A stretch of DNA of 64,000 nt from the human T2T-CHM13v2.0 reference genome, Homo sapiens (GCF_009914755.1 NC_060947.1), one strand, 5' to 3'. Shown: positions 42,853 to 60,479, numbered from the stretch's first letter. Notes: generated from the sequence alone by a model not told the origin. Numbers and translations are program-made.

Positions 42853-43896
42853 TAATTATTTCTTTTGCTGTGCAGAAGCTTTTTAGTTTAATTAGGTCCC
42901 ATTTATTCAGTTTTGTTTTTGTTGCATTTGCTTTTGGGGTCTTAGTCATAAATTATTTGCCTAGGCCAATGTTCAGAAGAGTTTTTCCTAGGTTTTCTTC
43001 TAGATTTTTAATGGTATCAGTTCTTAGATCCATCTTGAGTTAAATTTTGTACATGGTAAGATATAGGGATCTGGTTTTGTTCTTCTACATGTAGCTATCC
43101 AATTTTCCCAGCACCATTTATTGAACAGGATATCTTTTCCCTAATTTATGCTTTTGTATGCTTTGTCAAAGATCAGTTGGTTGTAAGATGTGGCTTTATT
43201 CCTGAGACCTCTATTCTGTTCCATCAGTTACATGTCTACGTTTTTACCAGTACCATGCTCTTTTGGTTACTATAGCCTTGTAGTATAATTTGAAGTCAGG
43301 TAATGTGATGCCTCAAGATTTGTTTTTCTGCTTAGGATTGCTTTGGCTATTTGGACTTTTTTCTGGTTCTATATGAATTTAGGGGATTTTTCTAATTCTG
43401 TGAAAAAATGATGTTGGTATTTTGATAGGAATTGCATTGAATCTGTAGGTTGCTTTGAGCAGTGTGGTCATTTTCATCGTATTGATTCTTCCAGTGCATG
43501 AGCATGGGATGTATTTCCATTTGTTTGTGTCATCTACAATTTCTTGCAGCTGTGTTTTGTAATACTCCTTACAGAGATGTTTCACCTCCTTGGTTAGGTA
43601 TATTCCTGGGTATTTTATTTTTTGCAGCTACTGTAAAAGGAATTGAGTCTTGATTTGTCATTCAGTTTGGTCATTGTTGGTGCATAGCAGTACTGCTCAC
43701 TTGTCTATATTGATGTTGTAGCCTGGGACTTTACCAAGTTCATTTATCAGATTTAAAAGTGTTTTGGAGGAGTCTTTAGGGTATTCTAGATATAAGATCA
43801 TATAATCAGAAAACAAAGATAGTTCGATTTCCTCTTTTCCAATTGGGATGCCCTTTATTTCTTTCTCTTGCCTGATTGCTGTGGCTAGAACTTCGA
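42846..43896 (-). mobile_element. L1PB ORF2 fragment, right part, 5'-truncated
   Basis: ORF 43379-43585(-) ..[23 protein letters not shown]. Confidence 0.88.
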
Positions 43897-44012
43897 AATG
43901 TAACTTTTATATGCACTCAGCAACCAAAAACATTATGTTGCTCACTTTATTGCAATATTTGCTTTATGGCAGTGGTCTGAAAGCAAATCCACAATATCTT
44001 CAAGGTATGCTT
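43897..44012 (+). mobile_element. Tigger1 3' terminus (TIR)
   Basis: taacttttatatgcact..ctttattgcaatatttgcttta..caatatcttcaaggtatgc matches the recalled Tigger1 right end. Confidence 0.88.
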
Positions 44013-44014
44013 AT

Positions 44015-44620
44015 TTATGCAGGACATCCTTTGTTGGATAAGTTTGAAGGTGGAGAGACCAATCAAAAGATGATTGTCGTAGCACAGGTGAGAGAGATGA
44101 TGGAGGCTGTGACTGGGTTGTTGCTAATGCAGATGAAGAAAAGTGGATGAATTGGGCATCTATAACAAATGCTGAAACCACAACCATTTCAGTTTTCCAG
44201 TTGAGAGGTTATGAGGTCAGATCCAGCACAGTGTATGTAGAAACAGAAAATAAGAGATATCTTAGAGATATAACTTTGAAGGAAGTCTCAAAGACTTAAT
44301 GCCAGGGAGAATTAGAGCATATTGAGGGTGCGGGAGACTGATTTGTGGTCTCAATCATTAGGGAGATTGAAGGACCAGACAAAGAAATGAGGAGCAAAGG
44401 ATGGAGACAGGGTGTGGGGAGAAGTGAGGAGGGGGACAGTTTTGGGAAAATTTTAATGATGAAAAGTCAGAGGATATCCAAATGAACATGCCCCATAAGC
44501 AATTGGAAATGTAGGTCTGGAGCTCAGGAGCAAGAAAACACTGCAAACGTAATGGGACAAAAGATCTTTCACATTTATATTTAGGTAGAGATGTATCCAG
44601 AGACCTGTAGACGTCTTTGG
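44015..44620 (-). mobile_element. L2 fragments, right part of the nest host
   Basis: gagacca..caggtgagagagatgatgg..gaagaaaagtggatgaatt; gcaattggaaatgtaggtctggagctcagg. Confidence 0.65.
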
Positions 44621-45180
44621 TATTACTTTTTTAAAAAACAAACATGTGATCATCCATAGTCTCTAATACTTATCTACAACCCCAAGAAGGTCTTTCGTTA
44701 TTGTTGTTTTATTTTTGTTTTTGTTTTTAGGGAGTTGGGTATGGAGTGATCATGTGGGAAGGAACATACGGACAAGGTAAAAGAGTGTGGGATTGGGGAG
44801 AAATTGAGAACAAGAGAGGAGAAAAGCACATAAAGCATATCAGAAGCTGCTCCCACCACCATCTCTCTAAAGCTATGATTGAGATGCTGGGCCAGGTTGA
44901 GTGATTGTGTTAATTCCCCCTCCCTACCCCATTTTCAGTGAAAGTTTCACCTAGCTTCATGAATAACTGTGTCTTGCTCTGTCTCACTTGCTTTGGCCTT
45001 GTCTTTGTCCTTCTCTGTCTTTGTCTCTCCTAGTTTCCTTATCGAGCTTTCCCTCGGGGGACTTTTTCATTCTTCACTAGCCCAATATTTCATCCTTGGG
45101 TTGGTTCATGTTTCTCCAAAATGCTGACAGCTCCATCAGAGAATGCAAGGATGAATTGCCACAAATATATTTCTGAACTG

Positions 45181-45194
45181 CCACTAGATGGCAG
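45181..45194 (+). promoter_or_regulatory. CTCF core motif
   Basis: CCACTAGATGGCAG matches CCASYAGRKGGCRS at all 14 positions, in apparently non-repeat DNA. Confidence 0.65.
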
Positions 45195-45584
45195 TGTCTG
45201 GGAACTTTGTTAACTCGGTCTAGGCATTCATGAGTGCCTGACTGCTGAGTGGTAGGGAGTTTCATTTGATTATTCTGCTTTTAGGCCGTTGCAACCAGTT
45301 GCTAACACAAGTGCTAGACTTAGCTGGATCTCTTTCTCCATGATAGAAGAAAATTCATGTTTGTAAAGCACCCAGGGCTGGAAAAGCCTGTTCTTTAAGA
45401 GGGTTAGCGTTTTCCTCTACCTCAATTCTCACACAAGTTCCTAGCCCTTAGATTCCTTAGATTCCCTTTTGTTCCCCCTTCAGCTGTTGTTTGTTGTTTG
45501 GTTTCATTTTTTATGCAAATATATTTCCTCCTTCCCCAGCTTTGTTAGTAAGTTGGATCAATTCTCTTTCCTCTTTTTGAGGAT

Positions 45585-45730
45585 GGACTTGTAGAATCAT
45601 CTGCTATCAAAGCTTGAAGAACTCTTAGATGTCGTCGAGTCCAATCCAATCATTTACAGATAGAGAAACTGAGGCAAAGACAGGAGCAGAAACTTGTTCA
45701 AGGCCATATAAAAATTCAAGGCAGAATCCT
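45585..45730 (-). mobile_element. MIR
   Basis: gtccaatcc..catttacagatagagaaactgaggc..acttgttcaaggcca. Confidence 0.7.
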
Positions 45731-47059
45731 ATGGGACAATCTCATGACATACTTGTAATAATCAACAAAACAACCAGAAGATTATTTTTGATCCATTAAT
45801 TGTGGATCTAGCACAATAGAGGAAGGGGAGGGAGACAGGAGGTATAGGACATGGTGCCTGTTCTCAAGGCACTTAGAATCTAGGTGGGAATATAGACTTT
45901 TACACAATGAAAAAGAATAAATGCATTGTGTGATAAGGTAATCTAAGAAAAAATGCTAATGTAGGCAAGTGGTACAGGGATTCAGAGGAACAACAGCTCT
46001 AAGAGAAAACAAGGCAATGGGTGGGGGTGAAGGTGAAGCTGGGAGATGAGAAATTCAAAGATTATTATTATTCAGGGATCAAGGCCTAATAAGTAGGCCT
46101 GACAAGTAGAGGGTAGGGGTCAATAAGAAGTAAAAGATAAGACTCAGTGATAGGCTGGGACTGTACTGTACAGGCTCTTAAATGCCAGGCTAATTCCTGG
46201 TAATGCTGAACAGAAACTTTCAAATGCTTTCAATCTATTTTCTATTTACGGTGGTAACTTTCTGCTATGTTTGATTCCCCAAGAAGTAGCCTCTTTGCTC
46301 TGCCGTGCTTTTCCCCATTAGTCTCATGTTGCCGGCCCAGCAGAAGGGAGATGAAGTAGAGCTGAAAAATCAGTCTGGGGCTTATTTCCACTACAGCTTT
46401 TCCCTAGTGATTCAATCAAGAGTGACCTGGACATTCTCCAATCCTAAACCCATTTCATTCATTTTATTTCCATTCTCCACCCACTCATGGGAGTCTGAGC
46501 ACCTGGCCTCTGCATCCCACAACTTCCTTTGTCACAAGGGCTTTCCAGAAGGTTTGGAGAGCTCTTGACAGCTGAGAAACACCTATAGAAGGTGAGCATG
46601 ACTTCATGCAAATGAAAGAGGCCTCCATACAAAACAGCTCTTTAAAAGCAGTCTGAACGTAGGAACAATCCAAGAGCCCTTTCAAATTGTCAAGAGCACA
46701 TCAGTGCCCAAGCATCTTGGCCAGCCACATTTCAAAGCCAAGCAATGCCACCCTCTCCCCTTCTCAACTCTCCCTTTATACTCCCAAATGGCTTGAGGTC
46801 TTTCTACCAGGATACAGTGGATACCTCTGCCTCAGCACCTTCCATCTGGCTTTCTTCCCGCCATTTGCTGTCTTCTCGTCCCCACAGAATGCTATATCTT
46901 TCCTCTTAGCCTCTGCTTAGTATACAACCTGACACAGTAGGTACTCAATACACGGTGTTCTTTTCCTTCACAAGGACCTTAGAGATTATCTAGGCCTGAA
47001 TATTATGGAGCCACCTAATGGACCACTGGGGGTAGGGATCATTGGGAAATAAGGAAATA

Positions 47060-49410
47060 CTCTGACAATTACAGTCTTCATTTCTGTAACTGGTCACATG
47101 GTTGTAGTTGGAATTTATAACTACCTTCTTCTACTACCCATTCTGCATCTTCTTTGTCTTCAGCAAACACCTCAGCTGGTTGTGGTTCTTTACCTGGAGG
47201 CATGACCCAAACCCTCATTCCTGAAGGGTCTGGGCCATTAGTAGTCTTGCCTGGATTGGTTTGTTGTCTTTTCCATTTACCTTAATCACAGGGCGTGGAA
47301 ATACTAAGATGCATCTTAAGGGATCCTCTGTATTCCAGACATATTCTTCCTTACCTACATTGTGGAGTTATAGTTCAATTTCTCCTTGGTATTCAGAATC
47401 AATCAACTCAGCCAGCACAATAACTCCCTTCCTTGCCTCCTGTTGATTCAGAGGCATGAGGAGCCCAAAGTGGCCAGGCAGCAGCCTTAACTTTCAATTC
47501 AATGGAATCATTGTTGTGTCTTCTGGCGGAAGCATTCCTCCCTTTGGAACTAAGACTTCTTGGCCAGCAGACCATAAATTCATGAAAAGAGGCAGTAGAA
47601 ATTTTGCTAGTAGATCACTAGGGGTGATGGTGAGTGGTACCACTCCCTTTGCCACCCCTTAATTGCTGGACCCATGAATCCTGGCTATGGGAGAAACAGC
47701 CCCATCTGAAGATGCTGATTCAGAGCATATACAGCCTTCTGGAGAACTTTCCCCTTGCCCTACAAGGTATTGCCAGCTGGCTGGTGCTGTAACAGAGTTT
47801 TTAAAAAGCCAGTTTGCAGTGAAGTGAGTTCCTTTATCAGAAGCAATGCTGGGTGGAATACTATGATGGTAAATAGGGCATTCTGTAAGTCTACAGAGGG
47901 TAGTTTTGAAAGAATAATTGTGTTCAGGGAAGGCAAATCCTTATCCATAGTAAGTGTCTATTCCAGTATGGACAAAACTTCCACGATGGAAGTGGCCCAA
48001 TGTAATCAGCCTGCCACTGTATCAGGGATTCAGTGTTGGTCTCTGCTGCTGGCAGATTGGACACCCCGCCATGGCCATAGCCAAGTTGGCCTTGTTGAAT
48101 AGAAGTTCATGTTGCTGATTCCATGCATAACCTCCATTCCTGCCACCATGGTCACTTTGTTTATGAGCCCATTGAGCAATGACAGAGGTGGCTGGGAAAG
48201 AGACTAGTATCCATAAATGGGTGATTCTATCCACTTGATTATTAAAATCCTCTGCTGAAGTCACCTTTTGATGAGCATTCACAAATATCTTCATTTTTTT
48301 ACCCATTCATAGAGATCTATCCCATACCTCTTCCCCAAATTTCTTTCTCATCAATGTTCCAATTACGTTCCCTTCAAGTCTCTGACCATCCAGCTAAACT
48401 ATTGGCCACAGACCATGAATTAGTGTATAATAATGTCTAGCCATTTTTTCTTCCAAACAAAGTGAATGACAAGTGCACTTTTTCAAGTTCTGCCTACTGG
48501 GAATATTTCCCTTCATCAATGTCCTTTAGGGATGTTTCAGAGAGGGGCTGTAGTCCTGCAGCTGTCCACTTTTGGATAGTGCCTGTATATCATGCAGAAT
48601 CATCTATAAAGCAGGTCTGGGTCCTCTCTTCCTCCATGACCTGATCATAGGAAACTCCCCCATGAGGCCATAGCTGCAAGCTTACAGACAGAAGATAGTG
48701 TAGCAGGAATGAGGCTCATGGGCATTTAGGCCACTTCTTCGTGTAACTTATTTGTGCTCTCAGGTCCTGTTCAGACCAATCAAGAATAATATCACTTTCA
48801 TTTAATGATGAAGTATTTTGGTGCATGCCCAATTTTATGGCTTGGTGGGTCAGATAATGGTCAGTTCAGGTCACATGGTAATGTGGTGGCCTGTGGTTAA
48901 GCATTCAGTCTCTACTAAGGCCCAGTAGCAGACAAACAGCTCTTTCTCCAAAGAGTAGTTATTTGCTGAGGGTGGTAAGATTTTACTCCAAAATCCTAAG
49001 AGCCTTGTGTAGCAATTCACCTATGGGGCCTGACACGGTTTCCAAACTACATTCCTATCTGCCACTGATCCTTCAGGCACCATTGGATCTGCTGGATCAT
49101 GTAGCCCAATTGGCAGAGCAACTTGCATACCAGCCTGGACCTTGTTCTGGGCCCTACTCAAAACTAGCAGCTTTTTGGGTCACTCAGTAAATGGGCTGGA
49201 GTAATACACTCAAATAAGGAATACGTTGAAATCCAAAGAGGCCCACCAGGCGATGTGCCTCCTTTTTGGAGGAGAAAGATGCAACAATCTGTTTTTTACC
49301 TTCGCAGGGATTCCTCCACATGCCCTACTCCACTTAGCCCCTAAACATTTCACTGAGGTAGAAGCCCCCTGAATTTTTGATAGATTTATTTCCAAACCTC
49401 TGCAAGGTGT
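47060..49410 (-). pseudogene. ERV-L internal pol region (RT/RNase H/integrase/dUTPase relics)
   Basis: ORF 48022-48306(-): VNAHQKVTSAEDFNNQVD..QWAH..HGG..CPICQQQRP (RNase H end plus integrase HHCC finger); 49210-49455(-): EINLSKIQGASTSVKCLG (RT). Confidence 0.9.
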
Positions 49411-49479
49411 TGCTCCACTGTCTTGCCATTTGCATAATTTCCAATCTGCTGTCACCTATATATATGTTCTTCTGAACAT

Positions 49480-51150
<1,671 letters not shown>

Positions 51151-51559
51151 GTCCATCTTCAGGAAAGCTCTTCTAACAACATCTCAGCTTCTTCATTATG
51201 CTTCCTCTGGAGCTTGTCCCATATAGTTCATTTAGCTGCAAACCCTCTGCATCCATGGGCTCCACCAAGGACACATACAGAACAGGGATATTCTCTGTCT
51301 CTATCCAGGATCTGTTTTCCCTCTTAGTCTTCTCCCTAATGGCCACTGTCTTTGTCCCTTCATATTGGCAAACTCATGTCTCACTTGACTGGAGGCCCTT
51401 GACACCTTCCCCAGAGTATAGTTTGGTGTCTCCTCCCCAAAGAACTTCATCATGGTAGTTCAGAGTTTGACATTTTCCCCTAGATTTCCCTAATTTCCTT
51501 CCTTTTAACAGGACATACTTAGAAAATTACCAGGGGGTTTCACTGGATCTAAGTAGGTC

Positions 51560-51800
51560 ATAAGGATCCTAAGATTTCCCATGGCTATTCCATCACCACC
51601 CAACACTAGTGGAAGTATGATGGAAGGGGAAGTTGAAATGGAAAACTGTAGTCTTAACTAATTCAAGTTAAACTATTTTATTTCTGCAAATTTTACAAAA
51701 ACATGACTAGTGCTATAATAATTCCCAGGGCCTTGGAAAGGTTGCTTGAAAAGGGCCCAGAAGCTTTAAGGTTAATTAGCTATGTGGTAAATCTACCCTG
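51560..51800 (-). mobile_element. hAT-Tip100 (Zaphod/MER115-like) terminal fragment
   Basis: tgcaaattttacaaaaacat..cccagggccttggaa..gggcccagaagcttt..ttagct..ggtaaatc resembles the recalled element end. Confidence 0.5.
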
Positions 51801-52769
51801 GTGCATGTACCATTTTGATGTTCTACCTTACTCCATATGCTAGAATCTTCCTTTTTGAGTCCATCTCTGTCTCTTTCATAACTCCCAGCTGAGCAACCAA
51901 TCTCTACTTTTGAACTTTGTCTTAATAATTGGTTTTGGTCACTCAACGACCTGCTTTCCAAAATACATAACTTTCCCATTATCTCAATTATCTCATCCTG
52001 GCTCATTCTTCACATAGTATGCTAGTGTAAACACTAGCACCAGTTCATGCTCAACCTTCATGCTTCCACACGGGCTAAACTCTGACCAACTTCTCAAATG
52101 TATCTAGACAAGCCATTTAGTAAGAGACAAAATTGAATGGGTATAGATTATAGTGACACATGTCATCAAACTTACTAGGAGATATAAAGTCACCTGCCTT
52201 TTATAAAGTTTTGAGAAACAATATGTACAAATGTGAGATGACCTAGACAATTTCCAGACAGACAATGATATATGTCTATGAAAATTTTTGTTTCTACCCA
52301 CCAGTCCTCACAGTGGATGTGATGGACAACTATAGAGCTTGGATCTTTAGGGACTGGTAGGATAAATTCTAACTAAAAGTCTTGGAGTGAATACAAAATT
52401 AAAGAACAGGATAGACTAGTTGGAATAGTAGGAGAAGGGTGATAAACGAAGGATACAATCAAGATTCATAGAATAGGATGAAACTGGGTCTCAGTAGAAG
52501 CATACCAGGAACAAGCAAATTTTCTTGGACATCGGTGGATGTCCACAGTTCATTTTCGTGGACCAATAGATGTGTGGCGCCCTCATCAAGTTAATAAGTA
52601 CGTTAATTCAAGAATTAGTCCATTCATGTAAACAGACCCCCACATATGCCAAATCTGCCTCTCTCTATAAAAGGTAAACATTATTATTATTTGACTCAAG
52701 CTTTTAACCACATCTATAGAAAACCTGAACTCAAAGCAAATTGAAGACAGAAACTGTTGTTTCATCTCC

Positions 52770-52970
52770 AACTAGCAATGACTGGCACAGAGTAAGAGTT
52801 CAGTGAACATATGTTGAACAAATTTGCTACTCTGTATTTTACCAATCTGTGTACCCCTATCTCTGCCATGAAAAAGTGACAATTCTTATTTATTTTCCTA
52901 CCCTCAGTGTCTAGCACTATGTCTGGGACTTTGTGCATTATTGATAAGTGGTTTCCAGATGAATGGAAAA
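52770..52970 (+). mobile_element. L2 3' end fragments
   Basis: tggcacagagtaag..cagtgaacatatgttgaa; cagtgtctagcac..gatgaatgg. Confidence 0.6.
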
Positions 52971-53659
52971 CCTTGGAAGTGTGACGCATTGCTTTGTGAA
53001 TCACGTCAATGTGACACTGGTGGCAATGTTTAACACTTACCCAAGAATCTAAGAAGATTCCTTCCACATCTTGAAAAGGACAGAGCTAGAACTGATTTAA
53101 ATTATAGGAGGGAGAATGGAATGACCAGAATCAGAATTCCAGGTGTGCCTTCCCACCATAGCTCAGGTGGCCAAAAGGTAATGGAGACCATACCATTCTT
53201 AGCTGCTGTCACCTTGAAGTACACGGGTCTTTTCTTTTATAGCATCTAGTCTGATGTTAAGCCTATTCAGTACATTTTCACTTTAGACATTGTACTTTGC
53301 AACTCTAAACACTCAATTATTTTTAGTTTAAAATGACTTTTTTTATCTTTCAGAAGGTGTTGATTATTTATTATGTGATAGGAGTTGTTAACTTATTGGT
53401 TTTCAAACCTTAAATCAGTTACTTATTGAGCATAGTAGATACAACATGCTTTTTTTAATCAATATTTTATACCGTAGATCTGCAGTATTTTACCATTTAC
53501 TTTAAAATCAGCAAAGCAAGCAAAATACTCCTGTAATAGTTTATGTAGTCAGTATTAGACTTCCAAACTGATCAGAAGTTGGATATGTCATTCTACTTGA
53601 GATTAAGTAAAATGTACATAATCCAAAGATATTTGTTTAGAGTTTCTTTTCTCCTTTAG

Positions 53660-54047
53660 ATTTATTTTTTTAATTTATTTTTATTTTATTGTGGCAATAA
53701 CACTTAACATGAGATCTACTTTCTTAAATTTTGAAGTGTAGAAACATTTTCGTTGACTTATAGGCACAACATTAAAGGTACAGCAGATCTCTAGAGCGTA
53801 TTCATCTTGCTTAACTGAAGCTTTATGCCAATTGATTAGTAACTCCCAGTTTTTCACTCCCCCATCCCCTCACAACCATTATTCTGTTCTTTGATTCTAT
53901 TAAACTATTTTAGATAGCACATATATGTGGAATCATGCAATATTTGTCTTTCTGTGACTGACTTATTTCACTTACCATAATGCCATCAAGTTTCATCAAC
54001 TCTGTCCCATATCATAATTTCCTTCTTTTTAAAGGCCAAATAATATT

Positions 54048-54091
<44 letters not shown>

Positions 54092-54915
54092 CATGCATAT
54101 ATTTACCACATTTTCTCTATTCATTCATTTATTAATGGACATTTAGATTGTTTCCACATCTTGGTTATTGTGAATAATGCTGCAATGAACATAGGAGTGC
54201 TGAGATCCCGATTTCAATAGATAAATACCCAGAAGTGGGACTGCTGGGTCATATGGTAGTTTTATTTTTAATTTTTTAAGGAACTTCCATACCACTTTCT
54301 ATAGTGGATGCACCATTTTCATTCCCATCAGTGGTGTATTTTTTGGGTAATAGCCATCCTAACAGGTGTGAGGTAATATGGTTTTGATTTACATTTCCCT
54401 GATGATTAGTGATGATGACCATTTTTTTTCACATACCTGTTGGTCATTTGTATGCCTCCTTTGGATAAATGTCTATTCAGGTGCTTTGCCCATTTTTAAA
54501 TCAAGTTATTAGTTTTTTGTTTGTTTGTTTTCTCTTTTTTGCTATTGAGTTGTAGGAGTTTCTTGGATATTTTGGAGATTAACCCCTTATCAGATGGATG
54601 GTTTGCAAGTATTTTCTCCCATTCCATAGGTTGCTTTTTACTCTGATGATTGTTTCCCTTGCTGTTTGGAAACTTTTTGGTTAGCTATAGTACTATTTGT
54701 CTATTTTTGCTTTGGTTACCTGTGCTTTTAGTGTCATATCCATGAAATCACTGCAAAGATCTATGTCATGAAGATCTTCTCCTGTTTTTTTTTCTAAGAG
54801 TTTTACAGTTTTTGGTCTTACATTTAAGTATTTAACCATTTTGAATTTATTATTTTGCATGGTATAAGTTAAGGGTCTAATTTCATCATTTTGCATGTGG
54901 ATATCCAGTTTCCCC
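53660..54915 (-). mobile_element. L1MA(8-10)-class 3' end containing (TG)n at ~54050-54088
   Basis: acacttaacatgagatctac..tacagcagatctctaga; ORF2 C-terminal fragment 54693-54896. Confidence 0.85.
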
Positions 54916-54917
54916 CA

Positions 54918-55114
54918 AATTCTCCTGCTTCAGCCTCCTGAGTAGCTGGGATTACAGGCACTTGCCACCACACCCAGCTAATTTTTGTATTTGTAGTAGA
55001 GACAAGGTTTCACCATGTTGACCAGGCTGGTCTCGAACTCCTGACCTCAAGTGATCTGCCTGTCTCGGCCTCCCATACTGCTGGGAATACAGGCGTGAGC
55101 CACCCAGCCTGGCC
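54918..55114 (-). mobile_element. AluS lacking its 3' end and tail
   Basis: Reverse-complement Alu starts abruptly at attctcctgcttcagcc with no poly-T. Confidence 0.92.
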
Positions 55115-56200
55115 CTGATCTTTTCCTTTGATCTAGTCTGCTGTTGAACTTCATGAGTGAATTTTTCAGTTCAGTTATTGTGTTCTTTAGCTCTATGATT
55201 TTGGTTTGGTAGTTCTAATATTTTCTATCTGTTTGTTGAAATTCTCACTTTGTTCATATATTGTTCTTTTGGCCTCAAGAGCATCTTTATGACAATGTTT
55301 TGAATTCTTGGTCAGGTAAATTATATAACTCTACAGTTTCTGAAAAGTTATCTTGTTCCTTTGTTTGGAACTTCTTTGCCTAATTCTTTATTTTCCTTGA
55401 CTCTCTGTGTTGTGTCTGCACATTATGCAAAGCAGCCACCTCTCTTAGTCTTCACAGACTAGCCTTATACAAAAGAAGACCTCCACCAATCAGTATTGCC
55501 AGAGATTCTGGGGGTCTCTCAAACCTTCGTGCTAGTCCAACCTGCTTTTTGTGCTTTGTAGTCCCCAAGCATATAGGGTATGTTGAATCCTATCAGTGTA
55601 GTGCAACAAGTGTAAATGCAATTGGTTCCTTAGAAACTCCCAGAAAGCTGGATTGTTGGATGCTCCATTCAATTCTGTTTTCCAGTCCATTCAACTCTTT
55701 TTCTTCTCAGGGGAAAGCTGAGACCTGTTTTATTAAAATTCCCTTGCTCTGTGCTGATAGGGGGAAAGGAGCTATGGCATCTACCAGCCCAAGCCACCAT
55801 CTCTGTTCTCCCACAGGTGACAGATTATGCTGGGCCTGTCAGAGCTCTAAGACTGGCAAGTAGCAAAACAGTCCTCTAGTGAGCCCCCTCAGAAAAGTTG
55901 TGGTGCTTGACATGCAAACCAACTCTTTAACCTCCCTTTGGAGAAGCTGGGAGTTTGAAGGTCTCTTCCCTCTCATGTGTTGCTGTGCCAGAGGTAGGGA
56001 TTTCAATGAGAGGGTGTCCTGAATCTCTCTACTGGCTTCCGTGAGTCTGGTTTCACATTTGCCCAGGTTGCAAGATACTGTCATTTAATTTCTGGATTTT
56101 TCCTAAAGGCAATTTTCTGTGAATTATTGCTGAATCAATGTGTCTGTAAGGGGAAGAAGGGTCCAGGGATTCCTATTCTGACATTTTGCTGTTATCACTC
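55115..56200 (-). mobile_element. L1M 5'UTR/ORF1 start, probably the same element as 53660-54915
   Basis: Minus strand starts gagtgataacagcaaaatgtcagaatagg, an L1M-type 5' end. Confidence 0.7.
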
Positions 56201-57170
56201 TTTGTTTTATATGTTTTTCCTCATATCTTCCATTTCTCTTCTCTTTATGCTCATGTTTTCCTTCCAATATTTCAATAGTTATAATAGCTTTCTAAAAGTA
56301 CTTGTCTGCTAATTCTATCATTCCTGTCATTTATGAGTGTGTTTATATGGATTGAATTTTCTCCTGGCTCTGGATCACATTTTCCTGCCTTCTTCATGTT
56401 AGTAATTGAGTGCTAGACATCATGAATATTACATTGTTCAGAGTCTAGATTTTGCTATGTTTCTGCAAAGAAGGTTGAAGTTTGTTCTGACAGGAAGCTA
56501 AGTTACTTGTGGATCACTTTGATTCTTTCAAGTCTTATTTTTAAGTTTCATTCAGGTGGGTCTAGTATAACCTCTAGATAAGCGCTGATTTAACCCACTA
56601 TGAATGCATGACCCTTTCATTATTTACTGAATGTTCCAGTGTTCACTGTGGCTTCTTCACTTTGGCACGTCAGAATTCAAATGCCTCCTGGTAAATGTCA
56701 GTTTGGAAATTATTCCAATTACAGTTCCCTAGTAGTTGTTCCTTGCCTGGCCTTGTGGAGTTTCACCATATGCATATGCAGCTTAATATTCAGCAAAAGA
56801 CTCAAGGGGACTCCAAGAAGTTTTCTTGGGCTTTGTCTCTGCATAGCACCCTTTCCTCTGGTACTCTGTCTCACAAATTCCAGCTTTGTCATCCTCAATG
56901 AACCCTAATTTTTGCCTTCTTAACTCATCAAGAGTACCATGTTCTGCTTGTGTTTACCCTCCCTGTGCAAATGGTGTGGGAAGTACATTCAGTCAGAAGG
57001 CTGAGGTAATCACAAGACCTACCTTATTTATTTTCCATCTCTAAGGGATCAAATTTCTCCACTTTTTGTTGCCCAATGTTTGACAAGAGTTGTTTTCTAT
57101 ATTTTGTGTACTTTTATAGTTATTTATGCAGAAGGTCAAATTGGCTGCCATTTACTCTATCATGGTCAGA
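56201..57170 (-). mobile_element. Older L1M(E) 5'/ORF1 fragment; host, with its left part at ~53225-53335
   Basis: cttgtctgctaattctatcattcctgtcatt..tttgcccaatgtttga..agttgttttctatattttg. Confidence 0.6.
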
Positions 57171-57189
57171 AGGACTGCTGTCACCTTCA

Positions 57190-57680
57190 GAATTCATTGA
57201 CTCATAAATTTTTATTCAATGTCTTCTATATTCCCAGTGTGTACTCAATCTCAGACGATATACGGAAGAGAAATAACACAGAATCTCTGACCCTAAGGGG
57301 CATACAAACAGCTAATGGGAAAAGATAAATAGGTACTAACTCACTGTTCCCTTTAATTGGAATATTCTCTCCAGTTTGCCTTTCTGCTTAGCCAAAAATT
57401 GCTCATCTAGCTCAGACTACTTTGTGTATGAGGCCATAATTTGGATGGAACTAACTATGCTCTCCTTTGAACATAACAATATCCTGCACATATTTCTGTC
57501 AGTGCTCACTAAACATCTTCTTGTGTTTCTCTGTTTATATATTACTCTTCCTCACTAAACAGTGAGCTTCTGTAAGACAAATGTCATGACTTTTTTCCCA
57601 GTATCCAGCACAATCACTAGCACAGAGAAGATATCCAAGGCAATAAATACTAGTAAAATGAAGGAATGGATGAGTAAGTA
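57190..57680. mobile_element. Two L2 3' fragments in opposite orientation
   Basis: aattcattgactcataaatttttatt (-) and ctaaacagtgagcttc..ctagcacagag..caataaatac..aatgaaggaatggatga (+). Confidence 0.6.
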
Positions 57681-57813
57681 TACAGATAGGAGCTAATTAA
57701 AGAATAACAGGTGTTAAAGGGAGTGGTACCCACTCTTATGCAATAATTTTTTTTTCAAATAAAGAGATTATGGAGCTTTGGGACAATCAGGAAAGGCAGT
57801 GATATTGATTTGG

Positions 57814-57995
57814 TGTGATAGGCAGAATAATGCCCGCCCCCAAAATGTCCATGTCCTAATGCCTAGAATCAGTAAACATGTTACCTTACAGGCAAAAGGG
57901 ACTTTGCAAGTGTGATTAAGTTAATGACCTTAAGATGGGGAGATAATTTGGATTGTCAGGGGGTCCACAATATAATCACAAGAGTTCTTTAATGG
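57814..57995 (+). mobile_element. MLT1D-like LTR, left third only
   Basis: tgtgataggcagaataatg..atgttaccttaca.ggcaaaagggactttgca..taatcacaag; remainder not found. Confidence 0.85.
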
Positions 57996-57997
57996 TA

Positions 57998-60479
<2,482 letters not shown>

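Noticed and set aside
51165-51480. Possible additional ERV-L-type internal fragment
   Set aside because: Resemblance too weak to assign without a profile search.
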